A DNA stretch of 26,698 nt from Myxococcota bacterium (GTDB lineage: Bacteria; Myxococcota; SpSt-1050). Every line of letters starts with the position of its first letter. Position 1 is the stretch's first letter. Location of the stretch: assembly GCA_049969675.1 (NCBI GenBank), contig JBMFOP010000043.1, positions 1 to 26,698 of the forward strand, written 5' to 3'. Shown here piece by piece: positions 1 through 8,361 of the stretch. The position numbers and the translations under genes were made by a program. Below the pieces are notes generated by a model. It saw only the letters and a program-made list of their open reading frames with translations. It was not told the DNA's origin and searched no databases.

Positions 1-213
1 TTCCTTCTTCTTATCCCGCTCAACTTCTTTTCTATCTGGACTATTAAATTCATTGGCAGCCATCGGCTTAATATATTCTACCTCAAATACCGATTCGTTG
101 TAGATTAAACCCTTTTTTATATTCTCAACCATTATCTGAATAAGAATAAAGTGCATCATCAAGGCGAAAACCAGTGAGAGCAATATCCTTTCCTTAAACA
201 TCCCCTTCCTCAT
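1..213 (-). CDS. Partial CDS (runs off the left edge), single N-terminal TM helix; possible TonB/energy-transducer family
   Basis: Not in the ORF track. Manual translation: MRKGMFKERILLSLVFALMMHFILIQIMVENIKKGLIYNESVFEVEYIKPMAANEFNSPDRKEVERDKKKE. TM helix with a His followed by a charged K/E linker resembles TonB N-termini, although the usual SxxxH reads AxxxH here. The ATG at 201 has an AGGAAGGGG purine run just upstream and may be the true start. Confidence 0.45.
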   Translation of the reverse strand, partial: MRKGMFKERILLSLVFALMMHFILIQIMVENIKKGLIYNESVFEVEYIKPMAANEFNSPDRKEVERDKKKE

Positions 214-222
214 AACAAAAAT

Positions 223-251
223 ATTTTATTACTAAATGTTAAAAAAATCAA
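223..251 (-). promoter_or_regulatory. Putative sigma70 promoter for the TonB-like ORF
   Basis: Minus strand: TTGATT (251-246), 17-bp spacer, TAAAAT (228-223). AT-rich context lowers specificity. Confidence 0.35.
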
Positions 252-488
252 TCTTTGGATGTGTTTTCATATGTATTGTTATTTATTACCTCCAATCAAT
301 ATACTTGCACTTCTAACCTTAAAGCCTCACCTTTTTACGTATACTATGGGAAGTAGATAATAGACAATATAGAGGAAGTTGAACTTGCAAAGGGTATGAG
401 GGAGATGTGATATTTTATCAAATGAAAAGACGATTTTTCTTTTCTGTCTCATTTTTCCTGATATCCTTTATAGGCGGAGGTATGAGGG

Positions 489-3194
489 ATGTTAAACTGT
501 ATAATTATAATTTCCACTATCTTTGCCATTCAGGGAGAGAATATGATGATTAAATTTGATATTGAGACCTATAAACTAAAGAATGGTCTTACAGTCTTTC
601 TCTATGAAGACCATACACTTCCAATAGTTGCAGTTGATGTAAACTACAATGTTGGTTCCAAAAATGAGGTAAGGGGAAAAACCGGATTTGCCCATCTATT
701 TGAACATATTATGTTTCAGGGCTCAAAACATTTCAATGACGACTATTTCAAGGCTTTACAGGATATTGGTGGAGAGGTCAACGGCGCCACCAATCAGGAC
801 AGGACAAGATATTATGAGATAATCCCATCAAATTATCTGGAGCGGGCACTCTGGCTTGAATCTGACAGGATGGGATATCTCCTGGATGCACTGACAGAGG
901 AGAGATTAAAAAACCAGATATCAGTGGTGATAAATGAATATAGACAGAATTATGAGAATAGACCTTATGGGATGGTCTACTTTGAGATGTTAAAACTCCT
1001 CTACCCTCCACATCATCCCTATAGCTGGCCAACCATAGGAATTCCAGAGGATATAAAGAATGCTACCCTTGAAGATGTGAGGGACTTTTTTACAAAATAC
1101 TATTCAGTCAATAATGCTACGATAGCCATTGCAGGAGATATCAATAAAGAAGAGACAAAGCGGCTTGTTGAAAAATACTTTGGAACATTTAAGCCAGCAA
1201 AACCGGTTAAATATCTCTCTAACTGGACACCAAGATTGAATGAGACCAAAAGCGTAGTTATGAAAGATAATGTGAATCTTCCAAAGATTTACATATTATA
1301 CCCAACAACAGCCGTATTTGAAAAGTTCGATGCCGAATTAGATATTATTGCCAAGGTTTTAGGAGAGAATGAGAACTCTCGCCTTTACAAATTACTTGTT
1401 AAAGAGAAGAAGATTGCATCAGAGGTGTCTGCCTATCAGTCATCAAATCAAATAGCTGGATATCTGGTAATAACAGCAACTCTATATCCCGATAAAGATT
1501 TCAATGAAGCCCGTGAATTGATACTGAAAGAGGTAAAAAGACTCACAAAAAGAGGTATCACAAAAGATGAGATTGAGCAGGCAAAGAGTTACTTTAAATC
1601 AGAGTTTATAAGAGGGCTAAAGAGACTCGGTGGGTTCGGTGGGATAGCAGATAGAATGAATTATTACTATCAAATGCTCGGAAATCCAAATATGTTTGAA
1701 TATGATATAAAGCGATATGAGAATGCAAGCCTAAAATCTGTTAGAGACGCGGCAGAAAAATATCTCTCATCCAATTATGCTGAAGTAGTAGTCATACCTG
1801 AAAAAAATATTCAATATAATAGAGATGAGATAGATAGGAGTAAGATGCCAGATGGATCTGTGGAGAAAGAGTTGAATCTACCTCTGGCAAAAAGAATTTT
1901 GACATCCACAGGTTATAATCTTTACATAATGCCATATTCAAGACTTCCACTTAACTATATCAGCCTTGTCATTCCGGCTGGCTCTTCAAAAGACGAAAAG
2001 AGGTTTGGGATAGCAAACTTTACAGCAAATATGCTCTTAACCGGTACAAAGAGTCTAACACAGGAAGAGATACAATCAAGACTTGATATTCTGGGTTCTA
2101 CTATAGATGTTCAAACAGATGCCGATATAATGACTATTACTGCCACCTTTCTCAGTGATAAGGCGGAGGAGACATTACAATTACTCGCAGATATTCTATT
2201 TAATCCATCCTTTGGAAAAAAGGAGATAGAGATCTTAAGAGAGAGATATTTAAATACACTTTTGAGACTGACAGACCAGCTTCCATTTGTGGCTCAAGCC
2301 ACTATTATAAAACAATACTTCAAGGATAATCCATACGGACATCTATCAATTGGAGATATAGAATTTTTAAAGTCTGTAGATAGAGAGGAGATTGTAAAAT
2401 TCTACAATGACCATATCCTCTCAAACAAACCAATACTTGTTTATACAGGTCCTTTTAATGATGGAAAGATAAAAGGTCTGATTGAGAGATATATCTCAGG
2501 TTTTAAGATATCAAAGAACATCAATTCCACAAAGTTAGAGAGGAAAGAGGCTCCAAAAGGAATAAAGATATTCTTCGCCAATAAACCCCACTCCTCCCAA
2601 TCACATATTATGTTTGCATTTAAAGGAGTAATGAGAAAAGATGAGCAATTTGAGAGTGCATATACCACAAATACAATATTTGGTGGTTACTTTTTGAGCA
2701 GACTGAATATGAGATTGAGAGAGGAGAAGGGATTTACATATGGGGCGAGAAGCAATCTGAGATTCTATCTCAATGATTCAGTATGGACAACCTCTACATC
2801 AGTTCAGGCGGACGCCACTAAAGAGACAATAAAAGAGACAATAAATGTAATAAAGGAGATGCAGAAAGAAGAACTGCTCTCTGATGACGAGTTAAATAAG
2901 GCGAAGGGATATCTCATCAGGAGGTTCCCTATAGAATTTGAGACAATTGATAATATTCATTCAAAGTTGATTAATATAGCAATTTATGATCTACCCGAAG
3001 ACAGCATCAACAGGGAATATAAAAAACTGAAAGAGATAAGCAAGGCAGATGTAATTAAGATATCAAAAGAGTATATTAACCCTGAAAATCTAATAATTGT
3101 CATCGTTGGAGATAGAGAGAAGGTCTTTGATGGTTTAAAAGAGATTTCAAAGGATATAACCGAGGTCTCACTCTTTGGAGATGAACTTCATTAA
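489..3194 (+). CDS. M16 family (pitrilysin/insulinase-like, M16B/PqqL-type) zinc metallopeptidase, two tandem M16 halves
   Basis: Inverted zinc motif HLFEH in GFAHLFEHIMFQGS, plus NGATNQDRTRYY and LWLESDRM. Second half is degenerate (GIANFTANML) with C-terminal RLREEKGFTYG. GGAGG at 476-480 supports ATG 489; alternative start 543/546. Confidence 0.93.
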   Translation: MLNCIIIISTIFAIQGENMMIKFDIETYKLKNGLTVFLYEDHTLPIVAVDVNYNVGSKNEVRGKTGFAHLFEHIMFQGSKHFNDDYFKALQDIGGEVNGATNQDRTRYYEIIPSNYLERALWLESDRMGYLLDALTEERLKNQISVVINEYRQNYENRPYGMVYFEMLKLLYPPHHPYSWPTIGIPEDIKNATLEDVRDFFTKYYSVNNATIAIAGDINKEETKRLVEKYFGTFKPAKPVKYLSNWTPRLNETKSVVMKDNVNLPKIYILYPTTAVFEKFDAELDIIAKVLGENENSRLYKLLVKEKKIASEVSAYQSSNQIAGYLVITATLYPDKDFNEARELILKEVKRLTKRGITKDEIEQAKSYFKSEFIRGLKRLGGFGGIADRMNYYYQMLGNPNMFEYDIKRYENASLKSVRDAAEKYLSSNYAEVVVIPEKNIQYNRDEIDRSKMPDGSVEKELNLPLAKRILTSTGYNLYIMPYSRLPLNYISLVIPAGSSKDEKRFGIANFTANMLLTGTKSLTQEEIQSRLDILGSTIDVQTDADIMTITATFLSDKAEETLQLLADILFNPSFGKKEIEILRERYLNTLLRLTDQLPFVAQATIIKQYFKDNPYGHLSIGDIEFLKSVDREEIVKFYNDHILSNKPILVYTGPFNDGKIKGLIERYISGFKISKNINSTKLERKEAPKGIKIFFANKPHSSQSHIMFAFKGVMRKDEQFESAYTTNTIFGGYFLSRLNMRLREEKGFTYGARSNLRFYLNDSVWTTSTSVQADATKETIKETINVIKEMQKEELLSDDELNKAKGYLIRRFPIEFETIDNIHSKLINIAIYDLPEDSINREYKKLKEISKADVIKISKEYINPENLIIVIVGDREKVFDGLKEISKDITEVSLFGDELH

Positions 3195-4601
3195 TTATTT
3201 ATCAGGTGTCTTATTCGGGTCGTATAACCACTCAAATTCCAGCCAGCTCCCTTTGACCTTCTTTGCTTCATATAACACATCTGAACAGGAGGCAGTATCG
3301 GACATCCTCTTTGCCCTGAAATAGCTATGCCTCTGATCGGGATGTTTGATGGACTCTGTATCGTAGATGAGACTTTTGGGATTTGCATCAATTATATTCT
3401 GTTCACTTCCATGGTCAAGAAGTCCTTGCAGGTGATTCTCATCCACAACATTTATCAAAAATTTTACCCACCACCTCTGAACATTATATACCTCACCGGT
3501 TAGAACACCGGACATAATATTTGTCATTCCGGGCTTTCCATCTCTATCCTGATCAATAATTCTCGGGTCATTTATATTATAATGAGTGGGCAATGGGTCG
3601 GTCTCTGGATTCTCAAGTAGAGCACCTCTAATCTCAAGCAATCTATCTGTCTCCATATATGCGCCCTTTACCAGTTCGGGAACTACCATTATTCTTTGAA
3701 CATTAATTGGTATATTATCTGTATACTGCTCTGGAGTAATCATCCATGCAAGGTCCTGCCAGTTTGGATTTTCATCATTAAAGTTCTTGAGTTCAATGGA
3801 ACACCACTTTTCATAAAATATCAACTGATCACCTTTCTGAACAATCTTGACCAGCATATAATTGTTTGAAACAGTATCCTGCGAGTTTACAAGCGGGACA
3901 TGTAGAGTTCTGACCGCAGTATTCATCATAAACCCCCAGATCCCCTGATATTTAAATGCAGGCCTTGTTGGATTACTATCGTTCCCCCAATCAACCCCAC
4001 CTTCTCTCAATACACACTCACCAAAGACCTCTTTCCCTACTTCAGCCTTTGCATTCGCCTCTTTATCAACACCCCCGGGTAATTCACACTCATATTGCCA
4101 GCCATGTAAATAGCAATCCAGGTCCCTGAAGCATCGCCTGTAGCAGACCTTCTCATTATCCTTACAGTAGAATCCTCGCCCCATTCTCTTACAATCACCA
4201 TCAGAATTACATTTGAGTGCACAATAATCATTTCTACAGATATAGTTCGTACTCTTATAGGCGTCAACACACTCTCTATCTGACTTACAGGGAATATCTT
4301 TTGTAATCACACACCTCTCATCCTTAGACCCCTTAGGAATACATCTACCACACGGAGAACATTCATAATTATTCTCCTCATCGGGAGATGAGAGCTTGAA
4401 TACACAGTCCTTTGAACTCACACAGTCAATAGAACAGAGCCTTGTTTTCTCATCACAATATCTGCCACTTCCACACTCCATATCATAACTACAACTCTGA
4501 TAACCAAGTGCATCCTCCGAAATAGAAAATCCATCCTCTCTAACACAAGATATAAGAAGTAGAAGGACCAAAATCGCAAGAGATATATATTTAAACCTCA
4601 T
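3195..4601 (-). CDS. Cys-rich lipoprotein of unknown function
   Basis: MRFKYISLAILVLLLLISC lipobox with GGAGG upstream of ATG 4601 (ORF track starts at 4613). Five C-x3-[DE]-C-like units (CSYDMEC, CVSSKDC, CKSDREC, CNSDGDC, CFRDLDC). C-terminal domain has the DQDRDG Ca-binding-like loop. Confidence 0.75.
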   Translation of the reverse strand: MRFKYISLAILVLLLLISCVREDGFSISEDALGYQSCSYDMECGSGRYCDEKTRLCSIDCVSSKDCVFKLSSPDEENNYECSPCGRCIPKGSKDERCVITKDIPCKSDRECVDAYKSTNYICRNDYCALKCNSDGDCKRMGRGFYCKDNEKVCYRRCFRDLDCYLHGWQYECELPGGVDKEANAKAEVGKEVFGECVLREGGVDWGNDSNPTRPAFKYQGIWGFMMNTAVRTLHVPLVNSQDTVSNNYMLVKIVQKGDQLIFYEKWCSIELKNFNDENPNWQDLAWMITPEQYTDNIPINVQRIMVVPELVKGAYMETDRLLEIRGALLENPETDPLPTHYNINDPRIIDQDRDGKPGMTNIMSGVLTGEVYNVQRWWVKFLINVVDENHLQGLLDHGSEQNIIDANPKSLIYDTESIKHPDQRHSYFRAKRMSDTASCSDVLYEAKKVKGSWLEFEWLYDPNKTPDK

Positions 4602-4622
4602 AATATCCTCCATCTTTATCTC

Positions 4623-6104
4623 TTAAAAATAGTATATCAAATTCGCACCCAGAGCGATGACGAGACCATATGAGATATAGCCAGGGAATCCCGGATTATT
4701 GGTCTGTAGTCCCTTTGCCTCAAGCATCGGAGAATTTGAAAGGAGTGTAGTTGAATCATCCGGGAATTCATCAAGTATCAGTCCCACATCCTTATATGTT
4801 GTTCGCTTAAACATATAAAAGATCTGTGCCATCCCATTAAGGGTAAAGGACCTATCAAAGAGCCTGAAATCATATTTGTGCCCGAGTGAAAATGCCATCA
4901 GGTCATTATCTACATAATTTGTCCTCCCTATCTGTGGAGGGACAGGTGTAGGATAGTAGGCAAATCCCAGTTGAGCCGATTTATTATTTGAATAATCCCA
5001 GTTGAGATTTCCAAGAAAATTGAAGGTGCTCTCAAAATGGAACTTCTTCTCAATCTCCTTACTCATTGGATTATCCAGGACAAATGGATGTCTGTTGTGT
5101 TGGTCTCTATAGAGTGGCCACTCCTGAAATAGTACTGCAAATTGTAAAGAAAATCTTGAATATTTCAGTCCCATACCCATCTCGTATTCCCTCGGCTCAT
5201 ACGATATTGCAAGAGGAAAGCTCTGGGCAGTCCTTTTAGGAATCGTCTTATATGGATCTGCCTCGTGATAATTCCAGAGCAAAAGCTCTCCGGTCCCTGC
5301 CACCTCCACCCAGGATTCATCTCTAAATACAGCCCCAACTGATAACCAGTCAGATGGTCTATATACAAATCCTGCAATGGGTCTAATACCTGTTGAGATA
5401 TTTGCATCTGCATTTGCAAGTGAGTAATCCTGAACAGAGGCATCAGGGATATATATTGCAAGATGGGTCTTCGTCATCACTGTAATTTGAGCAGAAAGAC
5501 CGAGAGTAAACATAGGTAGAATATCATACGATACACCAGCAAGCCCGGCTGCGATCTTCTCCCATTGTCCAAATCTTGTAAAATATAGTCTGTTGCTAAA
5601 GATCGCCTCTCTTTCATCGTTGTAATGAGTGGAGAGAACCGCTGCCTCAGGAAATGAGACTGGTAATTGAATTATTCCAGCCAGTTGAAATTTTGGGATA
5701 TTAAAATTATAGGCGAGTCCAATTCCAATGAATGCAGTTGAATCATCCACTATCGTATCACTCCTCCTATTCATCAATTCAACCGTTGGAAGCGTCTTAA
5801 AATTATTCTTGGAATTCCCAACATTTGAATCGTAGATGGAGATGGGGACATCAGAGTGTGTGGGTTTCTTCATAAGCTCAATCTTCATATCTGGTACATT
5901 TAGATTGAAGTTGACAGAGATGTGATTCTTGAGCCCCGATAACAATGCTGGATTTGAATAAAGAGAACCTACTGATCTGCCATAGACAATATTTGAATTG
6001 AGAACCGCCGATGATTCCACATCGTATCCCTCAAAAGAGAACTGGTTTGCATAGGCAGAGACGGCAACTATATTCAATAGAAATACAACCACCAACCTTT
6101 TCAT
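4623..6104 (-). CDS. Outer-membrane beta-barrel, FadL/OmpP1/TodX (hydrophobic compound transport) family
   Basis: Sec signal ending AYA. N-terminal SLYSNPALL matches the NPA motif of the FadL hatch. Alternating beta-strand pattern, YYPTPVP, and C-terminal YYF beta signal. Confidence 0.75.
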   Translation of the reverse strand: MKRLVVVFLLNIVAVSAYANQFSFEGYDVESSAVLNSNIVYGRSVGSLYSNPALLSGLKNHISVNFNLNVPDMKIELMKKPTHSDVPISIYDSNVGNSKNNFKTLPTVELMNRRSDTIVDDSTAFIGIGLAYNFNIPKFQLAGIIQLPVSFPEAAVLSTHYNDEREAIFSNRLYFTRFGQWEKIAAGLAGVSYDILPMFTLGLSAQITVMTKTHLAIYIPDASVQDYSLANADANISTGIRPIAGFVYRPSDWLSVGAVFRDESWVEVAGTGELLLWNYHEADPYKTIPKRTAQSFPLAISYEPREYEMGMGLKYSRFSLQFAVLFQEWPLYRDQHNRHPFVLDNPMSKEIEKKFHFESTFNFLGNLNWDYSNNKSAQLGFAYYPTPVPPQIGRTNYVDNDLMAFSLGHKYDFRLFDRSFTLNGMAQIFYMFKRTTYKDVGLILDEFPDDSTTLLSNSPMLEAKGLQTNNPGFPGYISYGLVIALGANLIYYF

Positions 6105-6162
6105 AAATATCTCTCCTGAAAAATAAAATTATTACTTTTCATAAAATATAAATCGCATCTTA

Positions 6163-6191
6163 CTTATATTAGATTGATAACATTTAGTCAA
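6163..6191 (-). promoter_or_regulatory. Putative sigma70 promoter for the FadL-like/lipoprotein pair
   Basis: Minus strand: TTGACT (6191-6186), 17-bp spacer, TATAAG (6168-6163). AGGAGAG RBS precedes ATG 6104. Confidence 0.5.
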
Positions 6192-6418
6192 ATGATTTTA
6201 GATTCTTTAATCGTAACTTCTACAAAAAATGCGTAGATGATTTTTTTGGATTTTGGTTTCGGCTATGCCGCTTTAGGAAAGATAAGTAAAAAATAAAACA
6301 TTATGAAAGAAATGATTGAAATTAGAACTTTCACTTGATTTATCAGAAAACTTATATTAGAAATTCAAATTTTGTGATTGGTATATTACAGCGAGAACCA
6401 TTGTCTAAAGGAGTTGAT

Positions 6419-8258
6419 ATGAAAAAATATCTTTTATCCCTTACTTTAATTAATACACTACTTATCCTCAATGCTTGCTCTGATAATGAAAGTACCCCAT
6501 TGTCAGATTATATTGCTGATGTAACATCAGATGTGATTCAGGATACACAACTTGAAGACTCTGCAAAGGATGTAAACACATTAAGAGGTTATTTCTGTGA
6601 AAGTGACAGGGATTGTGATGAGAGTGAGATATGTCTTGAGATGTCTGGAATAACAGATAGAGTATGTCAACCCTCTGCCTTCGTGACCTTCATAGATAAT
6701 ACAACATTTACTATTGATACAGCCGAACTTGAGCCAGATTTTGTTCAGGATGAAAAAGGCAGATTAAAGCCAGTCATAAAAGGATTTTCAAACCTCTCAT
6801 CGCCTGGAGACCCTGATATTCCATCTATTACTCATATGTTGCAGATGAATCAGTATGGGGAAATTCAAATGGCAAGGATGGTCCCGAAAAGGTCAGGAAT
6901 TGGTTAAAAAATAATTATATAAATATGGGCATTCAATATGTTTTTATTCTCGCTGACCCGAATGATACAAATGGACCCGCAATGAGAACCTGCTGGCCAA
7001 GGGCAAAGGAGAAGAAGGACGATTGGGAGAGGACACCCACTGATATGTATTATTCAGACCTAACGGGTGACTGGAATAAAAATGGTGATGATCTCTGGTG
7101 TGAATACTATGGAGATTATGTAAGAGGTGGTATTGACCTCACTCCCGAGGTATATGTAGGAAGGATCCCCACATATACAGGGAGATATACAGAAGTTGAT
7201 ACAATTTTGCAACGGATTATCAAATATGAGCAGTCCAGAGATATTGACTGGAGATATTCGGTAATGCTACCAAATCCTATTTCAGATTATTCACAGGAAG
7301 AGGATCACAGTGAATCTGGCAGTGGAACTGAAATTAAGAGAAATGGCTTTACGGTAGATGGGGCGAAGTTTGCAGAGAGAATGAAATCAGAATTCTTGAA
7401 TTCACAAAACAAATTCAAAACTACATCATTATATGAAAAGAGAGGACCAGAACCATCTATTTATAATCCTGATATAGAATTTTCTGAACAGAATGTAAGC
7501 AATGAATGGAAGAAGGGCTATGGGCTGATTAGCTGGTGGGCACACGGAAACTCCACATCTGCTGCTGGCAAGGTCTGGAAGGCAGATACAAACAATGACA
7601 GGATCGCTCAGCTCTCAGAAAAGGATTGGGAAGACTTTGCGTACTCTTCTATGTCTGAGACATCTTTCAATCCAGATAGACCGTCCTTTACCTCACAGGT
7701 GAGCTGTCTAAATTCAAGGCCTGACAAAAGTAATAACCTGTCTTATTCACTTCTTGTAAAAGGTGGGGCAATTACAACAATGGGCGCCACCTCGGTCACA
7801 TTATATACCCCCTCCTGGAACTATCCAAATTCCAATAGAATGGACAATGTGAGTTTTGGATACTATTATACAAGGAATATCAGTAAAAATTACCCGGCAG
7901 GAAAGGCACTGGCTCTTGCGAGGTCTCATTTACAACAATCTCAACAGATTATCCAGAGCTCAAACTGGGTGAACTTACAAATGGAACACTCCCAGAAAGA
8001 TATAAGACTTTTGTATATAAAGTTATAATTCCTAAGGATGGCAAATTCACAGCCCTGCTGGAAGGGCCAGGCGGATCAGTGGTGGATTTATATATTAAAA
8101 AAGATAAGGTCCCAACCACAACATCATACTACTCAAAATCATCTGGCTCTACAAATATACCAGAGCTAACGGCGACAGTTACAAAAGGGACATATTATCT
8201 TATGGTCCGCACAAGAAAAGGAAGCGGGACATACTCCATACTCGGTGAATTAAATTAA
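6419..8258 (+). pseudogene. Disrupted lipoprotein C25 (gingipain-family) cysteine peptidase with C-terminal PPC domain, split over three frames
   Basis: Frame A (6419-~6840): AAGGAG RBS, lipobox LILNAC, a Cys unit, and the start of a C25 propeptide (GFSNLSSPGDPDIP). Frame B (open from 6817 to 8028): PEKVRNWLKNNYINMGIQYVFILADP, DMYYSDLTGDW, EVYVGRIP, WWAHGN, QVSCLN, GAITTMGAT. Frame C (open 7887-8258): VVDLYIKK...GTYYLMVRTRKGSGTYSI, a PPC-like domain. Confidence 0.75.
6925..8028 (+). CDS. C25 peptidase catalytic-domain fragment (part of the disrupted gene above)
   Basis: Catalytic His (AHG) and Cys (SC) motifs and VGRIP are retained. Lacks a signal peptide and the family's terminal LxGDP motif. 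Confidence 0.6.
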   Translation: MGIQYVFILADPNDTNGPAMRTCWPRAKEKKDDWERTPTDMYYSDLTGDWNKNGDDLWCEYYGDYVRGGIDLTPEVYVGRIPTYTGRYTEVDTILQRIIKYEQSRDIDWRYSVMLPNPISDYSQEEDHSESGSGTEIKRNGFTVDGAKFAERMKSEFLNSQNKFKTTSLYEKRGPEPSIYNPDIEFSEQNVSNEWKKGYGLISWWAHGNSTSAAGKVWKADTNNDRIAQLSEKDWEDFAYSSMSETSFNPDRPSFTSQVSCLNSRPDKSNNLSYSLLVKGGAITTMGATSVTLYTPSWNYPNSNRMDNVSFGYYYTRNISKNYPAGKALALARSHLQQSQQIIQSSNWVNLQMEHSQKDIRLLYIKL

Positions 8259-8276
8259 ATGGAAGAGTCTTCCATT
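8258..8276. terminator. Perfect inverted repeat directly after the PPC-fragment stop; possible terminator hairpin or operator
   Basis: AATGGAAGA-G-TCTTCCATT. No clear U-tract follows on the + strand. Confidence 0.35.
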
Positions 8277-8361
8277 CTGGTCAATAAACCACAGCAGATA
8301 TTCAAAGTAGTAGTAGTATTTAAGTATTAATACTGATCACATTTGATATCAGGAGTGTCAG

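Noticed and set aside
407..422. TGTGA...ATCAA CRP/FNR-like box
   Set aside because: Spacing and half-sites match neither consensus.
422..553. 43-aa ORF MKRRFFFSVSFFLISFIGGG... resembling a signal peptide, out of frame with M16
   Set aside because: M16 has its own RBS-supported hydrophobic start at 489. The Phe run is explained by T-rich intergenic DNA, and there is no independent support for a frameshift.
3186..3203. Abutting convergent stop codons (TAA/TTA) with no terminator
   Set aside because: Common in compact genomes; no further signal.
6335..6418. TTG-start N-terminal extension of the 190-aa ORF
   Set aside because: ATG 6419 has an AAGGAG RBS and begins a clean lipoprotein signal.
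6800..7930. Programmed -1 ribosomal frameshifting at the two C25 junctions
   Set aside because: No X XXY YYZ slippery heptamer seen at the inferred junctions. Conserved domain sequence is missing, which frameshifting would not restore.
8306..8334. (AGT)n microrepeat and AGTATTAATACT palindrome
   Set aside because: Short and AT-rich; no support for phase variation or an operator.
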